Assembly: GCA_054600435.1 (NCBI GenBank)
Contig: BAAIJX010000007.1
Location: forward strand, 248,001 to 312,000
Direction: 5' to 3'
DNA length: 64,000 nt
Origin: Neophaeotheca triangularis
Lineage: Eukaryota
Shown one piece after another: positions 9,552 to 21,939 of this stretch (its first letter is position 1; each line of letters starts with the position of its first letter). Made by a program: the position numbers and the translations under genes. The notes below the pieces were generated by a model. It made no database searches, had not been told where the DNA came from, and worked only from the letters and a program-made list of their open reading frames with translations.

Positions 9552-11344
9552 ATGAGCGTCGGCGCTTTCTTGGAGTACATACGAGTTCCCTCGTCGGCCC
9601 GTACGGTTTCGAATGTCCGGATCGACGACGATATCCGACCCTTGCCGCCCAGCCGTAGGCTCTGGACGCGATGAGCATACATCAGCTTCTGGGCTATCAA
9701 CCAGGTCCCCCTCTCCAACTGGCAGCTTAGCGCATCCTACGTCTCCGCCGGCTTAACGGTGTGGCAAGCTGTAATCGCTGTCATTATAGACAAAGCCATC
9801 ATCTCGGCTGTTGCGATTGCCAATGGATACGCGGGCGCCAAATGGCACATCTCATTCCCCGTAGTTTGTCGTTACGTGTGGGCCATGTACGGCCAACACG
9901 TCGCCTTGGCACAGCGGGTCGTCCTTTCGATTGGTATGTACAAGCTGTAGAATTGAACGAGACCTCTTACTGACGGGTCAAGTGTGGTTCGGTGTCCAGA
10001 GTTGGACAGGCGGACTCTGCGTGCAGAACATCCTTGCTAGCATCTTCAGCGGCTTCCAAAACATGGAAAACACCATGCCGGAATCGGCCAATATGAACAC
10101 GAAGCAGTTCGGATCATTTGTAACATTTTCATGGCTTCATTTATGTGAAAGAAGCCGGAAGGGATCCAGCACATCATCCTTCACATGAACATTGCCTCTG
10201 GGACGACGCTGATCTGCATCATGATCTGGGCACTGGCTACAGCCGGCGGTGCCGGGCCGCTTCTTTCGATATCTCAGGATCCCAATGACTTCGTCCGAAC
10301 TGGGCTGGACGACAGTGCACGGGGTCATAACCGTGATAGGAGGCATCGCCGTCGGTCTCACCAACCAGATGGATTGCAGCCGTTTCGCCCGCCGACCGGG
10401 CGATCAAGTGACGGGCCAGTGGGTATCGATCATGGGCTTCGGCATCATTCTGCCATTTCTCAGGTGCCTCACCTCGTCCGCTACCATGGAGATCCACGGC
10501 GAAAAGCGCTTTGGTACAGCTCCCTTTCCCCGGCCGTAAGAGCGAACCGAACCATTAACAAACCACCAGGAACCCGCCGGACATTGTCCAGAAGTGAATG
10601 GACACCGATTACAACGCCAAAACCCGCGCTGCTGCCTTCTTCGCCGGGGCTGGATCGGTGCTCTGCCAGCTCGCAGTCAACGTCATCGACAACGCTTTCA
10701 GCGCTGGCATGGACATGGCCGGCCTGCTTCCCTACTACACCAACATCCGCCGAGGCGCGTACATCGGCCTGCGGGTATCGATTGTAATGTGTCCGTGGCA
10801 ACTTCTGGCGAACGCCAGCACTTTCATCAACGACCTGAGCGCCTACAGCGTGTTCCTCGGGCCCATGGTGGGCATCATGTGCTGCGAATACTGGGTGCTG
10901 CGCCAGCAGCGCATCGAACTCTCCGACTTGTATCATCCCGGAAAAGATGGAATCTACCACTACTGGCACGACTTCAACTGACGGGCCTTTGTCTCCTGGG
11001 TCGCGGGCTGGGCTCACCTGATTCCCGGTTTCGCACACGAGGTCACGCCGAGCGTGCAGGTGCCCCGAGCCTGTACTCACCTTTATTACCTGGCTTTCCT
11101 GCTCGGGTTTGCGGTTAGCTTTGCTGTCCATTTGGCCCTCAACAAGCTGAGCCCGCCTGCTGGACTTGGAGACATGGACGACGTGGATCACTACGGTACG
11201 TTTACCGAGGTTGAGACATTGCGGCTTGGCGTTGCGCCGGCAGGTCCGCTTGACAGGGATATCGAGTTGGAGTCTGTAGAAGGAAAAAGCCATGCAAAGC
11301 CTGGGAAAGTCGTTGCCGAGGAAATTCCTGCATCGTATCCATGA
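9552..11344 (+). pseudogene. NCS1-family nucleobase/allantoin/hydantoin permease pseudogene
   Basis: NCS1 motifs DIRPLPPSRRLW, GAKWHISFPVVCR, VWFGVQSWTGG, NQMDCSRFAR, SAGMDMAGLLPYYTNIRRG, CPWQLL, SAYSVFLGP. Introns 9934-9982 and 10514-10569. In-frame TGA at 9672, 10146, 10595 and 10979; frameshifts near 10110, 10282 and 10505. Confidence 0.9.
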
Positions 11345-11474
11345 GGCGAATGTGTAATTGAGACTACTTCATACTGTGGTTGTCTACCTGCATGTGAGAA
11401 TCAAACCCCGGGGGGAGTCACCATATACCTCAGGCTTCCCACAGCTCACCGTGTGCACTTCGACGAGCACCCTC

Positions 11475-13245
11475 CTACGCCATAGTACTGGTGCTCATGG
11501 TAGAACTGGGCAGCGGCACAAAACTCTGCGTATGCGTGGTATTAGCTGGGCCCTCGGTGCTGTAATCACCAGTGACAGCCTGGCTCCCATCGGCCATGAC
11601 CAGATAACCCAGAGTCCTCCTGAAAGCCTCGAGCGAAGCCTTGGGCTGGTAGTAAGGCACCTCGTGCCCGGCATCGTACATGCGCAAAAAGGAAAGCTGG
11701 CCGTACTCGCGCACTTCGCCGTATTGCTCGCCGTCAACGACGAAGGGGGCGTAGCCGGCCGACGCAAAAGCTTCCGTGTCGGTGTAGTTGAGCGCAAGGC
11801 TGAGGGCTTCGCCGCCGAACCAGTTGCAGATGTAGTCGGCGTCGCCGTAGATGAGGGACACGCGGATGCCGTTGTCGAGGATCGTTTCGAGGTCTTCTTT
11901 GAAGTACGGGTAGACGAAGTCGCCGGTGACTTGGAAGCCTTGGCTGACCTGCCTGGACGACGGGCTGGTGTAATTGAGGTTTACGCCGAGAGCGTTCTGA
12001 ACCGCGGCGGTGTTTAGATAGTCCTCGAAGTAGTCGGGTGGCTGGCCAGTACATTAGTCGAAGTTTCTATTCAGACATCGAGCAGGTGGAATACTTACCG
12101 TTGGGTCGTCATAAGGGTGGCGAATGTCGTACACGCCACGCCCACCGTACTCGTAGTACAGCTCCTCAATCAAGCCGCGACACATATTGGTCGCCGTAGC
12201 ACAAGTCGACTGGCCGTAGACTGTGGACGTGTCGGAAGAAGCGCAGTAGTCAATGTAATCAGAGCATCCGCCGGGGATGGAGTATACCATCTTGGCGAAA
12301 TCGTAAATGGTTTCGTTGTACGCTTCGATTCCGTAAGTGTTGAAACGAGCGAATTCCGGATAATATGGCACCTGGATTTTTTCATCGATGATACCGTTGA
12401 TAATGCCGAGAGTATCCATCTGGAGCTCGGTTCCGTTCATCTCGCCACTGGCAATCTTCTCGTTCTGCTCGTAGAAGTACTGGAAGAAGGTAGGGCCGTA
12501 GTGGCCTCCGTAACTCTCCGTCCAAAGGTTGAATGTCTTGTTCTGAACGGTATCATCGAGGGTCGGCAAATTGGAGAGGAAGCCTTGAAGAATTGCCCAG
12601 GTTCCGGTCGCTGCTAGGTATGTGGTGTCGGTGCGGTAAGGATCCACCATTGAGTATCTTCCATCTGGCGTTGCCTCGGAAGCGTTCAGAAAAGACCCTG
12701 TATCGTTGACACTTCCTGCAACTGCAGTCTCGTATGAGAAGCCTTCAAAGACAGCTGCGTCAGTTCTCTGTTTCCGGGTATCTGGTCTACTAGGACAACT
12801 CACCAACGCCAATGGGCTGCGAAAGGAAGAGCAAGTTGGAATATTCCGACCATGAGTAAGGGTTGACTTGGGATTCGATGTCCTCGGTGATGTTGCAAGG
12901 CCCAAGTTCCTGGAAAAGGCCGATCAAAGAATCCGAACCAGGACCACCGTTCAACCAGAGAGTCAGTGGTGCGGTCTCGGGATTGTTCCGAGCTTCGAAG
13001 AACCAGAAGAACATGTTTGTAGTGTCGTTCAAGCTCACATATCCAGAATATGAGTTCACCCCCTCGGTTGTCTCGCAGACGCCATCTTGACCAGGCTGCT
13101 TATACCTGATCTCTGAGCCGTCTGGCGCAGAGATAGTAGTGACTCCATCGGGGTCTGCGGGAACTTGTCTCTTGTGGCGCCATCCAGTGGTTGCGGCGTC
13201 GGCGGCGAACGCGAAAGTTGCAAGCTTCAACAGCAGATTTGGCAT
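11475..13245 (-). CDS. Secreted serine carboxypeptidase (MEROPS S10, carboxypeptidase S1-like); exons 13245-12804, 12742-12099, 12041-11475
   Basis: Signal peptide plus KR processing site, FFWFFEAR, LWLNGGPG, catalytic TESYGGHY, GDADYICNW, GHEVPYYQP. Canonical introns. Confidence 0.93.
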
Positions 13246-14332
13246 CTTGAAGGAAATTGGGGAGACTTGGGCTGTGGATGAAGCGTGGTACACCAGGAGT
13301 GAAAGGGTAGGATCATTTATACTTGAGTGTCTCTGCAGACCTACGCCTTACCAGTGGAGAGGGGAACCGACGATGGAATAATGGACTATGCAGCAATAGG
13401 AAGGACGACTTTGGCGCTTGTTTGGAACGGGAAAGAGATACAACTGCACGTATCCGCCTGCAGCATCGACCCGCCGTCATACGGGGTCGAAGATAGAGTT
13501 CTTCAGCAGGGGTGTCCAGCATAACAGACCGTCTATCAATATGCCGACCAGTCAACGTTGATTGGAACGGCAAGCGTCGCAGCACAGGGATTACTGTGGT
13601 CAGAGCCATGTGGTCTGACGAGTTATGCTCAATGTATGCTGGCTATCGTTTGTCGCATGGCCGGCCTGCGCAAGGAGTACATAGTAGTAGTGTATACCGT
13701 AGAGACGTGGTGATGTGGATCGTAGAGGGGATCCAGCTCGAAAAGGAAGGTGCTAAGATAAGCCAAGCATTTTCGGAGAAACGCTTTGTCATTGAAGCTA
13801 TGCTGGCCAGCGGCTTGTGAGTTCCAGTGTCGATAACATTATTGGACGGGAAGAAGGCTTCCACGGTTCTGTCACGAGCGACGTGCACAATGACACAGAC
13901 ACCTTACATCTCCCTCATCCGCATCCCGGCTTGTGCAATGCACATCGCTCAGAGCTTGGAAAGGTGGTAGGTTGGCGCAAAACACAACATGCGACAAGTG
14001 CTCATGGAGCATGCAAGGCGCCAAGTCTCAGGCCGTTCTTAGCGGTGCTTGAGACTGCTTGTTGATATATCGTGCCCTGCAGGTAGGAAGATTGCCTGCT
14101 TTGCTGTCAATTTCACGACAATCTCGGCTGGGCGCTCAAAGAGCGGAGATGGGCACATACCTTGCATATGGCTCAGCTGTACTCACCGGTTGGTGTACCG
14201 CAGGATCCAGAGTGCGCCCTCGGAAATGGACCACATCTTTCGCGGGCGTGTTTAATCCTGGCCATGCCGTTGACTTGCAAGCCGTCCGGGGTGCCGTGAA
14301 AGGTTTTCGAGGGTATTGTAACTTGGCGGCTT

Positions 14333-15181
14333 TCAGCGCAAGTCTGGATCGTTCATCCATGAAGCCATGCTGATGTTGTTGTGCTCGTGCTTTTTAGAGA
14401 CGCCTTTCGCCCTCAACGGAATCGTGGACTTCAAAGGAGATCTTGCCGACGCGGTCATGTTCCGTCTTTGGTTCACGTCGTCGCGCGAGAAGAGCTGCAC
14501 AGCCCTCAGATGCGTGTCTTTGCCATTTTGATGGTTCTCTAAAATCTTGACCTGGATCAGGAACGCCCTGAGAACAGGGCGCTTGCTCCAGTCAACATCC
14601 TCTGCATTCTCCTGAGCCTGACCATCATCCTCAATTGGCCCGACGTTGCCAAAATCCACATCAATCCAGCCTTGTGGCTGCTCTAATGACATCTCTGCGA
14701 ACCCCTGAAGGTCGTGCACCCCCATGCCAGCCAGAAATTGTATCTTTGTGGGCGTGTACGACTCGTCGCGCTCAAAGTCGAGGAAGACGCGCATGTGCAC
14801 GATGCTTACGAGCTTGAAGAAGTGAATGCTCAGCAGGTGTGGTTGAGGTCCGTCCGACTGCCAGAAGTGCGCCAGATCGGGCGACCTCAGAGCCATGACG
14901 CCGTTGCCTGGTTTGGCGGTGCTAACAGTCCATGAAGCAAGCGACGAAATTTCCTTCAAACCAGGAGGCGGGAATGGCGACTGATCTTCCACACCCTCGT
15001 CTTCGACATCGTCTTCATCGTCGACGTCCTCATCCAAGTCTTCCTCATTGCCCTCCCCAGCGTCGAGTGGTTGCGCGTGGTGTTGTATTTCAGCTTCGGG
15101 GATACCGTCGCTAGGAACATCGATGGTAGGTTCGTTCAAGCGCTGATTGCGCGATGACGCGCTTCGCCTAGTAGTCGGCAT
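14333..15181 (-). CDS. APC10: Anaphase-promoting complex subunit 10 (Doc1)
   Basis: WTVSTAKPGNGV, FWQSDGPQPH, DESYTPTKI, ENHQNGKDTHLR, and C-terminal LR tail. Confidence 0.95.
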   Translation of the reverse strand: MPTTRRSASSRNQRLNEPTIDVPSDGIPEAEIQHHAQPLDAGEGNEEDLDEDVDDEDDVEDEGVEDQSPFPPPGLKEISSLASWTVSTAKPGNGVMALRSPDLAHFWQSDGPQPHLLSIHFFKLVSIVHMRVFLDFERDESYTPTKIQFLAGMGVHDLQGFAEMSLEQPQGWIDVDFGNVGPIEDDGQAQENAEDVDWSKRPVLRAFLIQVKILENHQNGKDTHLRAVQLFSRDDVNQRRNMTASARSPLKSTIPLRAKGVSKKHEHNNISMASWMNDPDLR

Positions 15182-16057
15182 TGCAGCGTGTGCGGGCTGT
15201 GGATCGGGTGGTCATGGGAGGGGAGGTGAGTGGCTAGGGTGCGGACGGCAGCGCAGGATCGGAAGCGATCAGCAGCTCGAGCGATTGGCGTCCAGCGCCG
15301 CCCATGCGATCCGAATGGTCGACGCGAAAGATAATTGACGCAGCAAAGCGCGTATCTAGGGAGAAACAGGTGGGAGGAGTACTACTGCGGCTCAGAGAGA
15401 GATGGTGAAGATTACTACCTAAGTAGATAGCTCGATTGTCTCTCGGGGAGCTGAACCTTCTAAGCTCGTCAGCTAAGTCAGGTACGACGGGATCCCACGG
15501 GCCACCAGGCTGCAGGCATCTTCAATCTTGGCTTCTTCGAATCTTCACACTTGGCCACCTGCAGGTACCTCCTACCTCCTCCCTACCTGGTAACAATAAT
15601 GATAAAAATGCGTGTTTTCTACATGCAAGAGGAAGATGATGCCTTTAAGCGATGCGTATCCGATGACATGTCATTCCATGCATGCATACATACATAGATA
15701 ACAAGGTAGATAGATGGTACATTGCTTACGTTGTAGTTGCACGCACGGTTGGTAAGGTATCTGTCGGGTATCTGCACTGTTTTACTACCTAGGTAGTCAC
15801 TACTGTATGTGTCGTAGGGAGGGCGGGTGCGGGCAGGATCTGAGAGATGGGCATGCCGACGGGTGGAATATGTGCCACCTGCACCAATTTATTATTCCAC
15901 CAGGCGGAAGTAGTAGCGTCGAAACGCTAGGGCAACTGGAAGCGGCCCAACCTGGAAGTTATCACACACCTTTGCACACCTTTCCCTGCAAGACATGCAA
16001 ACGCAATGATTAAAAAGCGAGGCAGAAAGGTGAGCGGAGCGTGTTGCAACTCTAGGT

Positions 16058-16338
16058 ATTGATTGATGATTGATTGATGATTGATTGAAAATTGATTGAA
16101 AATTGATTGAAGACTGATGCATCTGCTGCTCGTCTTTCAGAAAACATATCGACTGACATGATGGACACCAACACGGAATCATGAAAGAAACCCGACTCCA
16201 CATGCTTCATGGCATCGTGATTCAGTCGGCTGCATGCCCCGGTCGGTGTACTCGTCGTCAACACGTCCATTTCCAACAAGCTGTGAGATGCACACACTAC
16301 TACTGCTGCTACTGCTACTACTACTACTACTACTACTA
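16058..16338. repeat. Simple repeats: GATT-based tract (16058-16111) and (CTA/CTG)n (16297-16338)
   Basis: Direct reading. Confidence 0.85.
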
Positions 16339-17050
16339 ACACAGAAGAGACTTCTCCATCGGCCTTGCTGCCATTTCGGTGCATCTACATGCATATCGCC
16401 CACTCTTCGTCACATCACTTCGTCCTCAAGGTTGGCACTACACCGAATGAGGCGGTCGCCTGGTTTCACCTGCGCCACACAACGGCGCCTTCAGGCCTGC
16501 CTGCCGACACAGCTTGCGCGTGTCTGTTTCAAGTCAGTAGTAGGAGGTTAGGTACCTAGTCAGATGGGAGCCTCCACGAGCACCCGACGCTTCTGTCAAA
16601 CTCTGTCCTGACAGGTTCCACCCCACCGCCGTGCACCACCGCCGTCGTCCACACGCAGCCCGGCAACGCGGGCTGGACGAACTGGCCATGACCTGCGTCC
16701 GACTTAAAACGATGCCGTTTCGAAGCCCATCCTGCTACGGTTTTGAAGGAAATGATGCATCGCCTCTTCATTCTCATTCTCATCATGTCGCGCCCAGCAT
16801 GCTCTTCCATTCTAGAACTCGGGTAGAAGTATCACCTGTTTCTCCTTGACAGCCCTTTCCCTTGTCTGCCTTGCGCCATTTGCTTCCCTTCCATTTCTTC
16901 TCTCTTGGCCAAACTATCGCACCAGAGTCCTCAATTTGCTGGAACATCACTATACACAGGAGAGAGGAAGAGCCCATTCTTCGGGTGTAGTCTCATCAGT
17001 ACTAGACAGGCCATCGCGCACGGTCAACTCAAGACCTTGCCGACCATCAT

Positions 17051-18561
17051 ATGTCTGCTCAATTCGACGAGAGCGTCTTCCCGACGCCCAGCCGAGAAAA
17101 CGCCCTCCTAGGAGTAGCATGCGCATTCCTCAGCGTGACATGGGTCGTCGTCTCGCTGCGCTTCTGGGTACGCGCATTGGTAATCAAAAGCTTTGGTAGA
17201 GATGACTGGGCTATGATCGCTACACAGGTGAGGCACGTCAATCACTTGCAATCTCTGGTCTAAGCTAAAGCCTCGCAGATCATATATACAGCATATTGCT
17301 CCATGATGATTCTCATCGCCACGGATCGAGCCACCGGATTGGAGATCAACGAGCACTTCCTCGATGTGTTGGACAAACTCATGGGAGTAAGCGCTGCCAC
17401 GCCATCCGAGGGCCTCGGGTGAGGAGCTGACCAAAGCACCTTGCAGTACATAATAGCCTCCATGGGCCTTTACATCCTTGCCATGACGGCTCTCAAGATA
17501 TCGCTCGGCTTCTTCTTCCTACGAATCATCATTGAACGGTGGCAATATTGGATTGTCTGGATAACTGTGGGTGTCAGTACTGTCTACGGCATCTTCTATT
17601 TTTTCCTGGCCATCTTCCAATGCGGCGATCCCACCAAGTTCTTCCAGCATGAGCTCGAGGGCAAGTGTATAGGGAGAGAGGAGCTTGCAGGCATCAATTA
17701 CGTAAGTCGCAACACTGCGCGTCCAAAGCAAAATGCACGCTAATTGTCGTTCGAATGCCGCAGGCTGCTGGCGCGCTCAACGCACTCACCGACATCACCC
17801 TCGCAATCATGCCCATCTTCATCCTCCGGAAAGCCCAGATGCCCATGGCAGCCAAGATCAGCGCTGGTGGCATCCTCGCCCTGGGAGGGGTCGGCGCCAT
17901 CATATCCCTAGTACGGCTCAAGTACATCGGCGGTCTAGCCCCTGGACCGGATTTCTTCGTCAATGCCATTGACATTTCAATCTGGTCCGTCATTGAGCCG
18001 GGAATCGGCATAACGGCCGCTTCGCTCGCGACTCTCCGACCCCTATTCCGCGGCTGCATGACGGCCGCGCGGACCGCCCTCACCACCTCCGTCACGTCGA
18101 AGAAAGCAAGCCACAACACTTCTGACGGGTCCGATAGCCGCGGGCACGGCCGTCACAGTCCCGCTCCCGCCACGGCCATGGACTTCCAAGACCGCGGCAT
18201 GGACGTCGAGTCGCGCCCGCGCCAGTGCGAACTTCAGACCACCATCACCGGCAATGCACGCGCCATGGAGAAGATGGGCGTCGCTCGTGAAGACGTGCGG
18301 CCGCATTTCCCGCCGGATCGCGGAGAGCCCTTTGAACAAGTCCCTTCAGCAGCGTCTCGACGCCTGCAGCGGCTGAGCGCCTCGTTGCCTAACGTGTGGA
18401 CCCCGAAGAGATGTGGGAGTGCGCCGCAGCGGAACACGAGTCAGCGGCGCTTGGTGACCAACGAGCAGGGCGTGAGGATGGCCAAGCTGCAAAGGAGGCA
18501 AGACGGCAAGTTCGAGGTCGTCAGTCCCACTGCGACTGACCGCGACGGCGATTGGTTGTAA
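17051..18561 (+). CDS. Pth11-like integral membrane protein (fungal rhodopsin domain), no CFEM domain seen; exons 17051-17227, 17279-17386, 17447-17701, 17764-18561
   Basis: VSLRFWVR..FGRDDWAM, LKISLGFFFLRI, FQCGDP, TDITLAIMPIFIL, WSVIEPGIGITAASLATLRPLF. Multiple hydrophobic helices; three GT-AG introns. Confidence 0.9.
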
Positions 18562-18867
18562 CGTTTCATGTTGATTGTGATGGAATTTTTTTTTGTATAT
18601 ATGCTACGATATCCCCAAGGCACCAGTCCGACACCGTTCTTCTTGATAGAGACTCTACCCGCTTCATTTCTAGTCGACCTGCAGGTATATATACTTGTGG
18701 GTATCGTTCCAAAGTCAATCAATCAATCCAATGCCAACGTCTATCCTTTTTTTTCAAACGCCCAAACACGCTTGTATCCAATGCAGACCAGACCTCGTAA
18801 ACCGCTCCCCAGGGAACATACTCCCCTCCAAAAAAAAAAAAAACAAAAAACACAGCGTAGAACTTGT

Positions 18868-20073
18868 CTAATTGGCTTGGTAGACCCTCCAGCTCCTCCA
18901 CTCCCAATAAGCAGTCTCAAACGCCGTATTGTTCGTCGCGACAAAATCCGTGCAAGAACCTGGACACTCGTCCTGCTTGGTATACACGCCCTTTGAGCCA
19001 GCCCAATCCCCACACAAGTCGATATTCGCAATGATGGACTGGTTGGCAAAGTATTTCCCAACATCGCAATCGGTATTTGGGAAATCGGCCAAGGGTTCGG
19101 GCCAGGAGCTCGGATCGGGAGCGGTGGTGTTGCTGACGTCGTCGGGGATGTCGGCGGGGATGTCGGCGCGCGGGAAGAACCAGACGCGGATGCCTCCGTT
19201 GCGGTACTCCATGGCGTAGATGCCGCCGCCGTTTTGGTTCAGCGCTTTGCCGTACGAGTCCGGCTTGCCGCTGACGCCGCAGCCGGCGTTGTCGTCGGCT
19301 TCGTTCCAGCAGTTGTTGGCGAGCACTTGGCCCGTTTGCTTGCGCTTGACGTCCATTTTGCAGCCTTTGGCCGTGTGTAGAGTCGATTGGACGCCGGAGG
19401 TTGCTTGGTTCACTTGCTCGACGATGTCGATTTCGCCTGTAGTGGCAAGGTGGGTTAGAGTTTGATTTCATCGTGAGCGGCCGGGCACTGTTGTCTACCT
19501 ACCATTTTCGGGCCAGTTGGCCGGGTCTGAAAGCCACAGGGCTGGCCACGTGCTGCAGCCGTAAGGTGTATTCAAGACATCAAAGACGAACAGCCCTGAG
19601 TTGTATTGCTTCTTCGAGGTGATGCGGACGGAGAAGCGTCCCGTGTCAGCGTTGGTCTCCGAAGTGTCGACTCGTAGAACGGCAGACTCGGGCGAGGCAT
19701 ATGTGAGGTTGTATTGTGTCAAGTTGGCCGTTTCCTGCGGCACGTAGTGTACAAAGCCACCGGCGGGGTCGTAGTCGTTGAAATAGACAAAGTCATCGAA
19801 GAAGTTCTCCCCGGCGTAAGTGTCTTGTAGAGTGTAGCTGAGTGGACTGTAGTCAGGATAGGAGTTGCTCTTCGAGCCTACCACCGCGCCGACGATGATT
19901 GCTATCAGAATGACAACGGCCAATACAATCACTCCGATGATTGTTCGTCTCGTCCAGTTCCTCGGGTGCCATCTCGATCTCGAACCAGCCATGCTGCTAT
20001 TGTCCGGTGGCGGAGGGCCGTATGCGTGTGATTCGACGGTGAAACGCTCACCATGCTTTGCGCTGAAACTCAT
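18868..20073 (-). CDS. GH16 endo-1,3(4)-beta-glucanase (fungal laminarinase type) with N-terminal transmembrane anchor; intron 19437-19502
   Basis: Spliced catalytic motif WPENG|EIDIVE, GCSTWPALW, NGGGIYAMEY, IIANIDLCGDWAG. Hydrophobic stretch IIGVIVLAVVILIAIIVGAVVG. Confidence 0.92.
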
Positions 20074-21939
20074 GTTTACCGAGGAGGGCAGTGCCGGTGA
20101 TGTGTATGTAGGAAGCAGCTTCACACAAAAATCACGGTAAACAAGCAGTTGCAGAGCCACAAAAACCGGAGAGCAAGACCGAGTCAAGCAAAGACAAGCC
20201 TTTATTGAGTAAAGAAAGAGATTGACGGGAAAGAAGCAATTCTTACCTTTTGCGCTTCGCCACGGGGTAGTCAACCGAATCTGCGATTGGCATACGCGGC
20301 ACTCTTCTCAGTTTTAGCAACGAGCCGTGAATTTTTACGATTATGTGGCGAAGTGTCCGCGTTGCTATCAACTTTATTTGAGTTGGCTGAGGTGCCTGGC
20401 GACGTTGACGTTGACGTGTGTCGCCTCCACAATAATAGCTGACCAGCCGGAGTATTTTGCTCGTTGCGCGGCTTGAGGTCCTGTGCTGTTCGATCACGGT
20501 TCACCACTTGATCTTAGGTACCGGTACCTGTACCTGTACCTGTAAGGCTGGGCGTCAGCTTTCGAGTTTCGGCTCTCTAGACAACCACCCGTTGCGTTCA
20601 CGCCGTCGAACTGCTGGCTCCAGGCCGGCCAGACCACCGATTCCTGCGATACTCAATGTGCATAATAATAGTGATATTGCTGTAGTCTTCGAGAAGAGAT
20701 AGAGGGCTTGCCCGTGGAGCTCATGTCGCCGCCTCACCTCTATGAAAAAGAGCTCATCGTCTTCGAGACAGCTCAACATTCAAGGTGAAAGGTACGTGAG
20801 TGACGATTAGCGAATGGCAAAGCATTCGATGGTCACGCCCTCGAGCAAGGCGGTATTTCGAGGCAGGAGTCGAGCAAATGTAAACCATCAGCCTGAAAGA
20901 GGGAGCTGTACCCAGAAACAAGCATGAAATGCTTCTCATGCTTCTCTCTGGCTGGCTTTTTTTGGTATGCGCTGATCCATGCCAGGACCCGTCTGCACAC
21001 AAGACTTCGCGGGTGAGTGCAGAAGAACCGGCTCACTGCATATGCCATTGCCCGAGGTGCTTGCTCGGGCTCAATCAACCTCCACTTGAGGTTATGGTCA
21101 TTTCGACATGTCTCGAGCGAAACAAGACACCTTCGGAAGTGGCACTCATCGCCCCTTTCGCAGCCGCACCCACACTGACCTTCAATTCCTAATAGGAAGC
21201 CGGCCAGCAAAAAGTTCACCCCCGGACACACTGAGATACCAGAATACCAGAGAGCAGATTGTTGATGCTCTGCGTCCTCAGCGATAACACGAGCTTACGC
21301 GGTACTGGATATCAATGCGACCAAGCTGAGAAAAAGCGTCCTCACTCCCTGAATCCACAGAGGTCTGAGACTCGTACAGGCGATGCTATTAGCCAGGGAG
21401 CTTGCTGCCGTGATATTGGCCCTGATCGTCTGCAGTCCCCAGCAAGAAGCCCTCAAGTTCGCAAGACACTCGACTCTCCCGGTGGAGAGAGGGGGGTTTT
21501 GGTAATTTGAGACAGGACATAAAGAGTACAGCATCTCGCTGTATACAAAAGGGAAGACGTAGTAGCAGTAGGAGTAGGAGTATGAGGAACAGCAAGAGAG
21601 TTTGCCCGTCTACATTATTTGCGAGAGATCGGAAAGCACAGGCTCCCTAGCCAAGCCAAAATCGAGATTGCACCTTCCCAGCGTCCGGGTATCTAGGTGC
21701 CTTCCTCTCTGACAATCCGTCACGCTAGCGCAACAGAGTTGTTCACTTCTCAAGCGCGCTCTAAAGGATCCTTCTTCAGCACCACCACCACAACGAGCAC
21801 TGCCGCAATCCACCGAACGACCCGCCAACCATACCGCAACCTCAATAACCCATCCTCGACTACTGAGCCCCTCTACCTACCTCCCTCTTCCCGGTGATTG
21901 CGCCTTCGCCGGCGCAAGGCCCGCTTGCGATACACCAGC

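Noticed and set aside
10481..11293. 270-aa minus-strand ORF, and similar antisense ORFs such as 11358-12017 and 58951-59475
   Set aside because: Antisense shadows of GC-rich coding or pseudogene sequence with no recognisable motifs.
13843..13857. GGACGGGAAG, reverse complement of CTTCCCGTCC, as the candidate missing 5' part of the 5S gene
   Set aside because: Only ~10 nt match and the flanks do not continue toward ACATACGACCATA; consistent with chance.
21221..21260. CTGAGATACC...AATACCAG resembling a fungal TPP riboswitch
   Set aside because: The GAACTTGATCTGGATAATACCAGCG core and spacing are missing, and there is no adjacent thiamine gene.
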